Below, piece by piece: positions 43,291-59,434 of a stretch of 64,000 bases of DNA (within the stretch, counting starts at the first letter, position 1; the number at the start of each line of letters is the position of its first letter). The notes beneath the pieces were generated by a model, which had not been told where the DNA came from, searched no databases, and was given only the letters and a program-made list of their open reading frames with translations. The stretch comes from the human T2T-CHM13v2.0 reference genome, Homo sapiens. The stretch is from assembly GCF_009914755.1 (NCBI RefSeq), contig NC_060933.1. One strand, given 5' to 3'. The position numbers and the translations under genes were made by a program.

Positions 43291-46200
43291 ACAACACGTG
43301 TTTTTAAACACTTTATTTTGCTTTGCAGGATACTTGTTATATAAAAGAGGTGGGTTCAGAATGGAGCAATCAAAGGGTCGGAGTTAAAAAACCTAGGCCA
43401 GATTAAGACAGAAGATCCCATATAATATTTCTTAACATCCTTTGGATAAGTTTCCTAATGTAGATTTTAACTGAAGCCACAAAAAAAACCACAAAGTCAA
43501 AAAATGTAGTCCTTTCTGGCACCCTTTAAATAAAACCACAGTCTTATTGCAACAAAATCAACATCTAGGCTTTAGTTCTGACTTGAAATGTAACAAATAC
43601 CCCTGCAACTATGCATTACATTTTCAGTAAAAATTTTGGTGGTGACTTGGAAAACAATGATTCTTTAAATAACTTCCCTAATTTCAAAGAGAGGTAGATG
43701 AGGGAAAGGGAATGCTATTTTCTATTGTAAGGCAATGAGATTTGTTAGCTAAACAAAGACTTGTCAAAAGTCAAGGGTGATCAGCACCCTTGACTTTGTT
43801 GCTAATTCAGAGCTGCATCCCATTCCCGAGCTTTTAGAAAAGGGTAATAAGGAAAAGAGAGAGGTAAGTGGGGGTATTTCTAGGAGGTGAAGACAGTCTG
43901 ATAAAATTTATACAGTAGTCTAAAAATGAGTCTTTCCCACAATGCCTAAAAAGATTCTTTCCCTTTTATCTCACCTTTGGCCTTTTATCAATTAGCAATC
44001 CATTCTTATTATCGACTGTCCACTTTGAAATGGAGACTAGCTTTAGAATGGCTGTTAGTCATTCAACCTTGGGGCTCAATTAGTTATTAGAATGCTTCCC
44101 TCCTGGAGATTTAATAATGAAAGGGAATTTTGGAGAAGTGCATTGGAGGGCAGTGAAGTTTTATGCTGTTAGGTACTGTAGGAGTGTGCTGGTTGGCTGG
44201 GCTTCAGATATAAGGTTGTGACACAAGTGGAACTCAGGCACAGAGCCACCCAAGATGAATCAGTTTCTACGCTCAGAGAAGTAGAGGTGACTGAACCCTG
44301 TGGGGCATGTGGCGGCAGCTCTTGACATCTTGTTTGCACATTTCACAAGCAATATCCTTTATCTTTGTGTACTAGCATTGGCCAAACCCTGCCTCACTCT
44401 TGGCTTTCATTTTCCTTTTGACCCATTTTGATTGTACTACTGGGAAATTATTGGCCAAAGTGGGGAGGATCTTAGATACTGCTAGGGAGATATCCTTGGG
44501 ATTTTTCTGATTTCTCTTGTGCAGCCACTCAACCCTGGCCAGATTTACTCCTTGGGGTGAGCAAAGGAGTAGAGAAGGAAGAGAGAGCCACAGAGGAGAG
44601 GTCACATGCAAATATCCCTGTAAGAGATAGCTTATAAGTATGATACCTACAGAGGAGAGGCCGCGTGTAAATATCAAACTTACAGAGTGACTCTACAATA
44701 TTCTTGCATTGTCTATTTGTCCGTGATTCTAGGATGAATGTGCGTAGGGATGAGGGTAAATCTGCTTTTATTTCAGGGGAGAGAGGGAGAGGGAACATCT
44801 AGCTTTCACCAAATTTTTGTGGGAAACAGATCTGCTTCACTCTACTGGAAACTGTCAACTTTAAACAAACTCTAGGAAGCCTCTTTGTAATGGCAGAATA
44901 AATCTACCCTTACATTTCTCCTGAAATAACAAGGAGATGAAATACGAAGAAAAAACCTTGCACTCACTAACATAAATCAGCCCTGTTGCTGCAATCAGCG
45001 CATATGGTATGGTAACATTGCCCACTGCTCTGAGACCTGTTAATGGAAGACCATATGTGCTTCTGCAAGATCAAAACACAACGGGCCTGGTTTAAGACTC
45101 TGTGGTGGCTCTGACTCCGAACTTGTGTTTATTGGTTTGTGTTTCTGCTTTAGCGCTATCCTCCCCACCATAGTCTCTCCCAGTCCCTTACTTTTTTCTT
45201 TCCTTTCCTTCAGGAGTTCAGGGGGCCGGATAACTTAAAAACTTGTGTTTGGACTTTGCAGAGTTCCTATAGTAGGCAGAGGCCATGACAGAGACACATT
45301 ACAGGTGTCTGGAATATGAGGCATTATTGATGGTGCCTCCAGAACAGAGCAATTCCTTTCTGCCTGCAGACTTGCCTTTTGGAATGTACTAATTACAAGA
45401 GGTTAGAGATTTGGGTTAAAGCAAGGATGAAAAGCGATTTTATTTGGTTTTCTCCCCTCTACCCTTTTATTTAAACAAACGAATATAGGCTTTTAAAAAA
45501 GTGAGAGGGCCCAGTATTCACTTTCCCTATGTAAAGTGAGTGAATGAATCAGACTGCTCAGTTTTTTTTTTATTATTATTATTGTGGGTATAAGCATAAA
45601 TGAAAACCAAATAAGTTACTAATAGGACTGAATGCACAGCACATCTTTCTTGGAGCTCAAGAACCTTGTGAACATAAATGCATTTATCTTTGGGATGACT
45701 CTTTGAGAATGGTGTCTGGTTAACATAATACCCTCTAATTTGTTATGGCCTATGCTTAGCTTCTTTCTCTTGTTCACAGGAGATCCCAGATAGCTCTGAA
45801 CAAGCTCATGATGAATGCCAGACCTCCTGTGAGACAAAGCTTTGTAATGGGGGATAAATAAACCACACACACTTACTATTGACATAAAATGTAGTTATTT
45901 TCCTTTGAATAAAAAATACGCTGTTTGTCACAATAAAGGAAGCTCTAATATAGTTATGTTATTTTCTGAATCCTTGTTTAGAGCATCTACCAGGACCCGT
46001 CTGTATAGACCATGTGATGTCTCATTATCAGTCTGTGTGACAAAGCTTTCATCCTGAGGTCCTGTGTATCCATATGTATTTTTTTCCTTGATAATTAATC
46101 CTATGCCATTTTAGTGCATGGAATCCTTTGCTTTAAAATCAGCACTTCCCTTGGATTCCAAGTTGGCTTAAAAGTTGCAACTGCCCTGAAAATCATGTAC

Positions 46201-46347
46201 TATGTTTAGAAAAATTTTCAGTAGTGGTGTGTGAGGTCATTTATTCCCCCTCTAGAAGGGGATGATCACTGTCCGTGGTGATCTCATGTGGTAGGATAAA
46301 TACCAACTGTTTTAGATGTGTGATATTGAGAGGCGGTATCATTCAGG

Positions 46348-46525
46348 GCAACGGTTTGTAAATCTGGGTGATCATCAGGACGAATTGGAGGAGGAGGAGG
46401 TTTCTAACCTCACCAGGCTTCCCTATCTGAGGACTCTGACTGAGAGATCTGGGGTAGGGTCTAGGGATCTTTCTAATAAAGCTTCCATAGGCAATTCTGA
46501 TGATCAGTGGAGTTGGGAATCATTG
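46348..46525. mobile_element. MER5A-like MITE
   Basis: tctggggtagggtctagg...aattctgatg...gttgggaatcattg. Confidence 0.6.
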
Positions 46526-47011
46526 ACTATAAAATCTTTGTCCTGAGTGTCAGTTCAGGTTTTGTCATATATTCATTCAATCAACCATCTAGTCAGCCAA
46601 CTGCGATTTTGTGCCAGGCACTGGGCTGAGTGCAGGAGTACAGAGGTTAACAAGACAGCGTGCAGCCTCAACCATTTAATGGCTCTTGGCTCCATTTCCT
46701 GACCTTTAAATAGGGGTTGGATGAGATTTCAGGTCCCACTCAGCTCTAGCAGTCAATGGTATTTAAGAAACTGAGCTCCTGACCTCCTAAAGTGCCTTTC
46801 AACTTCTTTGCAGTTCTTTTTGCCAAGCTGACATACTCCCATTCCAGTTTTCTACCTTGCCTTAGGCTTATCCCTCAAACAAGTCTTCAGGGCTTACTGT
46901 CAGCCTGATTGAAATGTTAAACATGTGTTCTTCTCTCTCTTTCCAGGGCTATTGGGTGAGCAGTTAACCAACTCTTCATCAGGCTGTGTATTTTTCTATT
47001 CACCATGATAG

Positions 47012-48508
47012 TGAGAGGTGACAGCGTGCTGGCAGCCCTCACAGCCCTCGCTCGCTCTCCGTGCCTCCTCTGCCTGGGCTCCCACTTTGGCGGCACCTGA
47101 GGAGCCCTTCAGCCCGCCGCTGCATGGTGGGAGCCCCTTTCTGGGCTGGCCAAGGTCGGAGCCGGCTCCCTCAGCTTGCAGGGAGGTGTGGAGGGAGAGG
47201 TGCAAGTGGGAACTGGGGCTGCGCATGAGGCTTGCCAGCCAACTGGAGTTCTGGGTGGGCGTTGGCTTAGCGGGCCCCGCACTGGGAGTGGCCGGCCGGC
47301 CCTGCCGGCCCGGGCAGTGAGGGGCTTAGCACCTGGGCCAAAGGCTGCGGAGGGTGTACTGGGTACCCCAGCAGTGCCGGCTCACAGGCGCTGTGCTCAA
47401 TTTCTTGCCTGGCCTTAGCTGCCTCCCCGTGGGGCAGGGCTCGGGACCTGCAGCCCACCATGCCTGAGCCTCTCCGGCTCCGTGGGCTCCTGTGCAGCCC
47501 GAGCCTCCCCGATGAGTGCCACCACCTGCTCCACGGCGCCCAGTCCCATTGACCACCCAAGGGCTGAGAAGTGCGGGCGCAGGGCGAGGGACTGGCAGGC
47601 AGCTCCACCTGCAGCCCCAGTGCGGGATCCACTGGGTGAAGCCAGCTGGGCTCCTGACTCTGGTGGGAACTTGGAGAACCTTTATGTCTAGCTAAGGGAT
47701 TGTAAATACACCAATCAGCACTTTGTGTCTAGCTCAAGGTTTATAAACACACCAATAAGCACCCTGTGTCTAGCTCAGGGTTTGTGAATGCACCAGTGGG
47801 CACTCTGTATCCAGCTACCCTGGTGGGGACTTGGAGAACCTTTATGTCTAGCTGAGGGATTGTAAATACACCAATCAGCACTCTGTATCTAGCTCAAGGT
47901 TTGTAAACACACCAATCAGCACCCTGTGTCTAGCTCAGGGTTTGTGAATGCACCAATCAACACTCTGTATCTAGCTACTCTGGTAGGGACTTGGAGAACC
48001 TTTGTGTGGACACTATGTATCTAGCTAATTTAGTGGGGAGGTGGAGAACCTTTGTGTCTAGCTCAGGGATTGTAAACACACCAGTCAGAGCCCTGTCAAA
48101 ACAGACCACTGAACTCTCTGCAAAATGGACCAATCAGCAGGATGTGGGTGGGGCCAGATAAGAGAATAAAAGCAGGCTGCCCAAGCCAGCCGTAGAAACC
48201 CGCACGGGTCCCCTTCCACACTGTGGAAGCTTTGTTCTTTCGCTCTTTGTAATAAATCTTGCTGCTGCTCACTCTTTGGGTCCACACTGCCTTTAAGAGC
48301 TGTAACACTCACCACGAAGGTCTGCAGCTTCACTCCTGAGCCAGCGAGACCACGAACCCACCAGAAAGAAGAAACTCCGAACACATCTGAACATCAGAAG
48401 GAACAAACTCCGGACATGCCGCCTTTAAGAACTATAACACTCACCGCAAGCGTCCGCGGCTTCATTCTTGAAGTTAGTGAGACCAAGAACCCACCAATTC
48501 CGGACACA
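47012..48508 (+). mobile_element. LTR12C (ERV9) full-length solo LTR
   Basis: tgagaggtgacagcgtgctggcag...ccaccaattccggacaca; perfect 4-bp TSD atag; tandem CCAAT-containing repeats; GATA and AATAAA-type TATA box at 48156-48170. Confidence 0.95.
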
Positions 48509-48785
48509 ATAGTATGAAAAGCAGCTGCTTACCCTGGACAGAGTTTCAAAAAGGTGGCTTCCAACCCATTTCCATGTTACATGGAAAAGCTCTTGTTTTT
48601 CTCCTCATCTGTTGCCATCAGAGGCCCAGTGGAAACTCAAGGTAAAGCTTCACAGACAGGCAAATCTGGGCCTCTCAAACCAGAGGGGACTGAACTGAGG
48701 GTGAAGGGCACATTTTCTCAGCTTTTCAAGGGGATGGGATTAGGGGTGGGATGAAGGAGAGAATGTGGGCAGAGACTCAGTCTGA

Positions 48786-49202
<417 letters not shown>

Positions 49203-49320
49203 TAAAGAACACATTTTTCTTTCAGAGTCTTCTTATGACCCAGGAAAATGACTGTTTATTAATCAGGTCACAGTAAAGCTGATGCCACTTCTCGTAATCA
49301 AGAAGACTGTCTCTCAATCA

Positions 49321-50478
49321 TGAGATGGAACAGAAAACCCCTTTTTAGGGGCCTGTGGACTCCACACTTGGAAATAAAGGACAATTCTGAGGTCCTTCAA
49401 AGGAAATTCCAGGCACCTGGCTAGCCCCAGAAGTAAATAAGTAATTTGTTAAACCAGAAGGGAAGAGTAGCCTAAAGCAACAGCCAAGGAAGTTAGAGTT
49501 CCAGAGATATTTGCCTTCCTGATAGAAACTAAAGACAACATCTTAACACATGTCCCTGAGTTGTCTTTCAGAGATCCCCACTGAGGACCCCAACAAACTG
49601 ATCTACCTGCGCATAGACTTCAGATAAAAGGGAATTGAAGACTGAACTTTGACCATGTTTTTTATTCTAAATTTCTTCCTGAAGGGTTTGGAGAAAGTCA
49701 TCGTCCCCATATAGCCAATTAACATTTTTCTGCGAACCCCAAATTTTAAAACCAAGTTTCTTTTCCTTAACCAATTGCAAACCAGCAAAGCTTTGAATCT
49801 GCCTACTACCAATAAGCCTGCGCTTCGGGATAATCTGCCTCTTTAGGCCTAAACCAATGTGTCATCTCCGTGTGTTGATTTAGAATATTGCCTGTAGCTT
49901 CTGCTTTTAAAAACACTTGCCTGAAAGCCATCGGTGAGGCCAGGATTTGAGCATTTAGCTGCTTAGTCCTCCTTGCTTGGCACCCGGCAAATAAACATTT
50001 TTCTTTCTATTGCCGTAAAACCTTAGTGTGTGTGTATATATATATGTGTGTATATATATACATATATATATATAGTGTGTATATATACACATATATATAG
50101 TGTGTGTATATATACACATATATATAGTGTGTATATATATACATATATATAGTGTGTGTATATATATACATATATATAGTGTGTGTATATATATACATAT
50201 ATACACATACTATATGTGTATATATGTATATATGTGTATATATGTATATATGTGTATATATGTATATATGTGTATATATGTATATATGTGTATATATGTA
50301 TATATGTGTATATATGTGTATATATGTGTATATATATGTGTATATGTGTATATATATGTGTATATGTGTATATATATGTGTGTATATATGTATGTATATA
50401 TGTGTGTGTGCATATATATATATATGTAGATTTATCACACAGGGTGAGTAGACCGGACTACAGCTTGGTTCTATAACA
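49321..50478 (+). mobile_element. MER39/MER39B solo LTR with a microsatellite expansion near its 3' end
   Basis: tgagatggaacag...ggaaattccaggcacctggctagccc...ggttctataaca. Confidence 0.8.
50026..50427. repeat. Compound (TA)n/(TG)n microsatellite, about 400 bp
   Basis: Alternating purine-pyrimidine tract with about 26-28-bp and 18-bp higher-order units. Confidence 0.97.
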
Positions 50479-50653
50479 CATGAGGGTCTAAATATTTTCA
50501 TCGCTTATTAAAGTAAAACTTAAAGGTCTCTGTATCGACCTAAAACCAGCATCTTGTGGTTCTTCCCTGTGGAAGGAGAAGAGGTAGATCAAAGAACTCA
50601 TTATTTGAGTTTCCAGGGTTGCCCATTCAGGTAGTTCTGGAAAATAGTGCTTA

Positions 50654-51115
<462 letters not shown>

Positions 51116-51198
51116 TTAGCCCCAGTGATGTGGCTTTTTGGAAATGAGGACCCAGTGTTGCCAGTTCTTATGAGTTTTTTCAAAAGAAAGAGATCTAG

Positions 51199-51493
<295 letters not shown>

Positions 51494-52014
51494 GATCTAG
51501 ATTTTTAGGTTGGCAAGCAATTCAAATTAGGTATGCACACAGACCCCAACCACATTGCTGGGCAGCTCGATGGCAACCCTCTTTCCCTGTTTGTTACTAT
51601 TGTGAAGGAATCTTGCTAGCCTTTTGATTGGAAGTAAGCTGAGGCACACACACACAGAACCCCAACAAGAGTTCAATCTATTCTTCATTATGGTATAACC
51701 CAAATGACAGACACTTTCAAATGAAAAGTAGGGCAGAGCATCTGGTCTAGCTAACATACCAACATCTGGCGTGGGAGTGTAGGATCTGAATGGCCAGGCC
51801 TTTAGCAGGATTGCTGTCTGTGGCTTTCCAGCTGGGCAGCGTGGTGTATGGTGGAACTGCACATCCAACCATGATGCTTTGGTATCAGGGCGTCTCCACA
51901 TGGAGGCTCCTGCAGCCAGTGGTGGGTGTTCATCATAGACACACCTTCTCTTTCTCATGGTCTATGACCTTTAACCTCAGAGGTGGTTCCTTTGAATACT
52001 TTCCCTTCCCCTGA

Positions 52015-52600
<586 letters not shown>

Positions 52601-52944
52601 CAAAGTTGTATATAAATCAGTTTTCTGTCCCCCATATTCATTTTCTGTCCTCCATACTCATTTTCACTTCTAGGTAGGAGGAAATAGAATCATGAGGAGG
52701 ATGGAGGGGAGAAAAGAAGTCAAGGTAGCTTTTAACTGGAAAAGTGACTTAATTTTTTTTTTCTCTAATTTTTTTTTCTCTTTTTGGTTTCTATGGTGAT
52801 CTAAATAATAATTAGATGTCTCTACTGTAAGACTTAATACCTTGTCACTGTGTCAGCCTGAGACATATCTCTCAAAATTGTATAACTTTTAGGTCTTATT
52901 TTGCTAAAAGAGCACCTGTATTTTTCCTGATCTCAAGTTGTGTT

Positions 52945-53388
52945 ACAGAATCAGTTGTGGTCCTCGCAGAATCAAAAGTTATATCATAAATGGATAATTT
53001 GTAGTGAATTTAATAAAGAGATTATTTATGTAGGTGTAGAGCAGAATCGCAAGTGATTGTGCAGTATGCTAGAGCTACAGAGAGTGCAGTGACGTGGGAG
53101 TCTGTTACTACCCCCAGGGCTGAAGGGGCGAGTGGAGATAGTGGCTCCTGGAATCTGGATATAGGCTAGGCTGTATGGAACAGGTGGATGACAGGAGGCA
53201 GCCAGCCTGTGGTCACTTTCCGGGGAGAAGTCATTGGAATAAATACCCTGACTTTGTCTCTCTTTCTGTTATCTGGCTTTTGCATTGATCAAACTCAACT
53301 GGAAGGCTGTCAATGGAGTCCATAATAGTCAGCAGGGTGGAGAAAGTGGAGAATGGATTTACAGTGGAAAATAGAAGTTATATAGCAC
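52945..53388 (-). mobile_element. LTR33/LTR67-group ERVL LTR
   Basis: tttaataaagagattattta...ggaataaataccctgac...agcagggtggagaa...tagcaca. Confidence 0.55.
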
Positions 53389-53720
53389 AACATTTGAAGT
53401 TATAAGATGCCAGTTTGATCTGAATTGTTCAGTCAAGTATAATTGCTAGCATTTGCATGCTGTCATGTTCAAACTGAAACTTTCAACAGAAGCATTTGAA
53501 TAAACACTATTAATGGAACGACACCTTGTAAAAGATTAAGAATTCATAAAATTCAATATTTATTGAATCCCTACTATGTCCCTAGTATTGTGGTCATCTT
53601 ATCTGTGGACTATATTAATGCTACTGTAATAGAGGGCAAGATTAAATAATTTTTATGTTGGGGTCAGCTGGAGCTATCTTTCATTTGTAAACTCATTTGG
53701 GTAAAAGATTGTACACTTTT

Positions 53721-54087
<367 letters not shown>

Positions 54088-54593
54088 CTACATTCTGTAG
54101 GAGGATGGTTTCCAGGAGCAGATAAATTAATCTTTTTAACAGTTCAATTACAGTTGTGTAAGTTTTTGTTTTTAGAACAAACAATAATAAAACATTTGTT
54201 GTTTTCTCTTTGCAAAATGGAGATTAAATGAGATAATGCATATGCCTGATCCTCTGTAAAGCCTTAATGAATGTAATCCAATTTTCAAATAAAAGAGAAA
54301 ACCCACCAATCTCCCTGCTTTCAAAATTCAATCTGCTTTTGTGTTTCCTTACTCACTTTTAGAATTTATTCTTACGCGTTTGTAATTTCTACAAACAAGG
54401 AGATTTTATTTGCATGTGAAAGAAACCCAAACTTTAAGTGAGATTAGGTGTGATATCTTTAGGGCATGGTTTCTGTTTCCCTGGGAGCTTGCCCTTCTCT
54501 AGAAGGCTCTATCTTCAGGCTGGTGTTCTTCAGAGGATATAAATGGCTGTTCCTGTTTCAGGCTTCACACCATCATACAACCTACATACAAGA

Positions 54594-54965
54594 TGTCATA
54601 GGCACCTTGGGCTGTAATAACAAAATACCACAGACTGGGTGGTTTAAACAACTGGAGTTTATTTCTCAGAGTTCTGGAGGCTGGAAGTCCAAGATCAGGG
54701 TGCTAGCAGGGTCGACGTCTGGCGAGGGCTCTCTTTTTGTTGCAGATGGCACCTTGCTATGCCCTCAAATGGTCTTTCCTTGGTGCATGTGAGTGAAGGA
54801 GAGAGGAAGCAAACTCTGCTATAAAGGGCACTAATCCCATCATGGGGACCCTACCATCATGGGGACCCTACCCTCATGACCTCTTCTAAACCTGATTAAC
54901 TCCAAAAGTCCCCATCTCCAAAATACCACCATGAATTTTGGAGGGATACAATTCAGTTTGTAGCA
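54594..54965 (-). mobile_element. MLT1A-type LTR
   Basis: aacaaaataccacagactgggtggtttaaacaac...gttctggaggctggaagtccaagatcaggg. Confidence 0.85.
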
Positions 54966-55830
54966 CTGAACTTTCCAGAGATCTTTTCCCCAAACTATCA
55001 AACAAAAGCTCTGCTTTCATGTTGACTGGACTAACTGAAACCAGTCATCGTAGCCAGGGATTGCCATGAACTGATTAACAGCGTTTTTGCCCACAGCTAA
55101 CAGAATCACTATAGCAAGGGGTTAGGGGTTGGGGGATGGGGGATGAGCTGATGCAATTTGGCTTATATTGGGGCTGGGGGAAATTCTTCCCAAGCAATAT
55201 TCCTTGCTAAACAGTGGGGGAGTGATGGGAAGAAAGTTATCTACAGTGTCCACTATTTTTAAGTTACCTGTTGCCATATCATTAGATTTTCAGCTTCTTT
55301 TCAGTGTTTGAGGAACCGAACTGAACTTCAACTAAACTGAATTTCAAATTTTCTCATGAAAGTGCATTAATGTTGGGGTCTCAGAATTTTTGTCTGACAT
55401 GCTCAGCAGTGAGTGCTGCTTAATGGACAAAAGCTTACTACCAAAGCTAAATGTTCTAGAGAATCGATATTACTACAACTGTGGAGCCCTTGTTTCCATA
55501 CAAGTCTCTTCATAAAGTAATTCATGAATTTTAAGCTGCTTTTTCCAGTCCACATTGTTCTAGAGAATGATAGAACAGGTTAGTAGGTCACTGCCAAAGT
55601 TCAAGTCTGTAACCTTTTGTCTCCTTCTAGAAGCAGTGGAACTTATTCATTTATGAGTTCTTAAATAATTACGTCATTAGGGGTGGGTTTGTCACAATTA
55701 AGATTGATATTTGCTTGTGTTGAGGAAACTGGATTTTAATCCCAAAATTTCTGTTTTTGTCCTTCCATTTTCAATATTCCATTATTTCACATAATTATCC
55801 AAACAATGTATTTAAACTGAACCCTTTCTA

Positions 55831-56232
<402 letters not shown>

Positions 56233-56579
56233 CTAATCACATAGGATGGGTTTGTTTTGTAAGCATTTCTAAGTGTGTCATAGAAGAAGATTGGAGCAAT
56301 GGAAATTGAGAGGAAGAAAGACCCCAGTGTGTTGAACTTTCTTGGGGGCTCTTTGGTGGAGGTGGTACTTAAATTGGGCTCTAATGGATATGTAAGATCT
56401 GTATAGGAAGAGGAGTTGGGGGAAGAGCATTTGCAAAAGCGTGGGAATAAACGCTGGTGTGGTCAGTTGGGGAATCCCTGAATGATCAAATCAGAGTGAC
56501 AATCGTGCATGGGAGAGAAGTGGCAAAGGAGGATGGATGGGATTTTGTTCTCTACTGGATTTTCTCCAACCTCCCATAT

Positions 56580-57243
56580 TTATCTTTTTTCTTTTATTAT
56601 ACTTTAAGTTTTAGGGTGCATGTGCCCAACGTGCAGGTTAGTTACATGTGTATACATGTGCCATGTTGGTGTGCTGCACCCATTAACTCGTCATTTAACA
56701 TTAGGTATATCTCCTAATGCTATCCCTCCCCACCCCACCCCACAACAGGCCCCGGTGTGTGATGTTCCCCTTCCTGTGTCCATGTGTTCTCATTGTTCAA
56801 TTCCCACCTATGAGTGAAAACATGTGGTGTTTCGTTTTTTGTCCTTGCGATAGTTTGCTGAGAATGATGGTTTCCAGCTTCATCCATGTCCCTACAAAGG
56901 ACATGAACTCATCATTTTTTATGGCTGCATAGTATTCCATGGTGTATATGTGCCACATTTTCTTAATCCAGTCAATCATTGTTGGACATTTGGCTTGGTT
57001 CCAAGTCTTTGTTATTGTGAATAGTGCCACAATAAACATACGTGTGCATGTGTCTTTATAGCAGCATGATTTATAATCCTTTGGGTACATACCCAGTAAT
57101 GTGATTGCTGGGTCAAATGGTATTTCTAGTTCAAGATCCCTGAGGAATTGCCACACTGACTTTCACAATGGTTGAACTAGTTTACAGTCCCACCAACAGT
57201 GTAAAAGTGTTCCTATTTCTCCACATCCTCTCCAGCACCTGTT
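56580..57243 (-). mobile_element. L1PA (PA3-5-like) 5'-truncated copy: ORF2 C-terminus plus 3'UTR
   Basis: ORF 56797-57156 ends WIKKMWHIYTMEYYAAIK...MFSLIGGN; TSD tatttatctttttt. Confidence 0.95.
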
Positions 57244-57923
57244 ATTTATCTTTTTTTTTGTTTGTGTTTTCAATTACTAAAAAGAGGTAACAATATGTGA
57301 GACATCAAGAAGTTTGGAATTATTTTAGAGTGTTTGCACACAATGGACATAGCCTTCTGTAACTGTCTCATCAGTGACAGCCCACTTTGAGTTTTTGTTT
57401 GTTTATTCCTTAGGGCATTTATGTATGTGGTTAGAGGCACAGCTAACCCCTTTCTTTTCTAGTGGAAGGCTTTGTCCTTTGCTGAAGTTCAGCCCCAAGT
57501 CTGACTAAAAAAGCATGAAAACTATAGGCCAGAAAGAGAAGGCAATTAAAACCAGGAATGAAAATACAGGAGGGGAAGGTGAGTGGATTCTGAAACTGTG
57601 ACAAGTTAAGGAATTAAAACACAATTCCGTAAATTCTAAAGCAGACTCATAGTTTTGTGTCAAAATAGATCTTTTCATGGTCAGTATTCAGGAGGAGTTA
57701 AACTTTGAAAATATTAAGACCTGGTATATTGATTTGATTCTTCCAATTGAATTTCCTTAAAGCATAATAAAGTATTATATACATAAGTATGTATATGTGT
57801 AGATATTTTCTAACATTGTTAGGAAATGTGAATATTTACTGAAGAATCATCTTCATGCTTACTGATTGAAATTTTAGATTTAGATATATGTTTCTATTAA
57901 CTTCTGGGGCTATATATTTATAA

Positions 57924-58249
<326 letters not shown>

Positions 58250-58510
58250 TTGAAAGAATTTCTTAAAAGTGGCAACACATGTGTTGACATATTCAGGCAT
58301 GTCATGATCACTCTGTTTCAATATTATTGCTATGGGTTCTTTAATTTACCATCAGATGGGACAGTAAGTCAGGTTACATTCTAAACAAAAAATAAAAATT
58401 TTCTGAAATTTCTATCGAAGTTCTATAAAGATTTGCATTTGGATAGTCATTGGAAGTGAAATATTTTGTGGGGAAAAGTGGCTCATTCTCACACCTGATA
58501 AAATAGGTAA

Positions 58511-58807
<297 letters not shown>

Positions 58808-58907
58808 TAGCATTTATAATAGGCAAAGTTTTCCATATTCCTTGTAATTGTGATATTCTCCATTTACATAGATGTAATTCAGTTAAGAGAACTGCTAGTT
58901 TATGCAT

Positions 58908-58922
58908 TTGTGTGTGTGTGTG

Positions 58923-58960
<38 letters not shown>
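58908..58960. repeat. (TG)n microsatellite
   Basis: TG run with one CA interruption. Confidence 0.95.
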
Positions 58961-58965
<5 letters not shown>

Positions 58966-59206
58966 ATTTTTTAACCCCGGAGATACTTCTCCTTGTATAG
59001 TTAAATTGTTGAATGTTATTTTGGGAGATGATGCCTTAGGTCTTTTCTCGAAGGTGACTTCTTTTCCTTCTAATCCTCAAATTTTTCTCTCAACTCCAGT
59101 CCTTAAGATTCTCTTGTTTTCTCTCTTCTCTCCTTCTCCTGATTCAGCTTTATATTATATAGATCAGCTTTGGCTTCTTTATTTTTTTCTCTTATGTATT
59201 CCACAG

Positions 59207-59430
59207 TAGCAATATGGTGGTTCTGATGCAAGTTTTGATGTCAAGCCTTGGTTTTAATTCTGCTTCCATCATTTAGTTGCTGTGTGATCTTGGACGAGTT
59301 ACTGAACCTTGCTGTGTTTCTTCATCAATGAAGTGGAATCATCATGGACTCCATCTCATCAGATTGTTTTGAAGAGTAAGTGAGATAATGGACACACAGT
59401 GCCCAGCACAGAGCCTGACCTAGAGTATGC
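59207..59430 (+). mobile_element. MIR
   Basis: gctgtgtgatcttggacgagttactgaacct...gtttcttcatc core. Confidence 0.8.
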
Positions 59431-59434
59431 CCTT

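Noticed and set aside
47012-47700. CpG-island promoter of a host gene with GC-rich ORFs
   Set aside because: Entirely the U3 region of LTR12C
49955-50501. Many overlapping ORFs rich in Y/I/H/T/C/V
   Set aside because: Translation artefacts of the TA/TG microsatellite
54836-54872. 17-bp tandem duplication in MLT1A
   Set aside because: Ordinary slippage duplication
56797-57156. 119-aa ORF as a CDS
   Set aside because: C-terminus of L1 ORF2 in a 5'-truncated L1PA, with no promoter or RT domain
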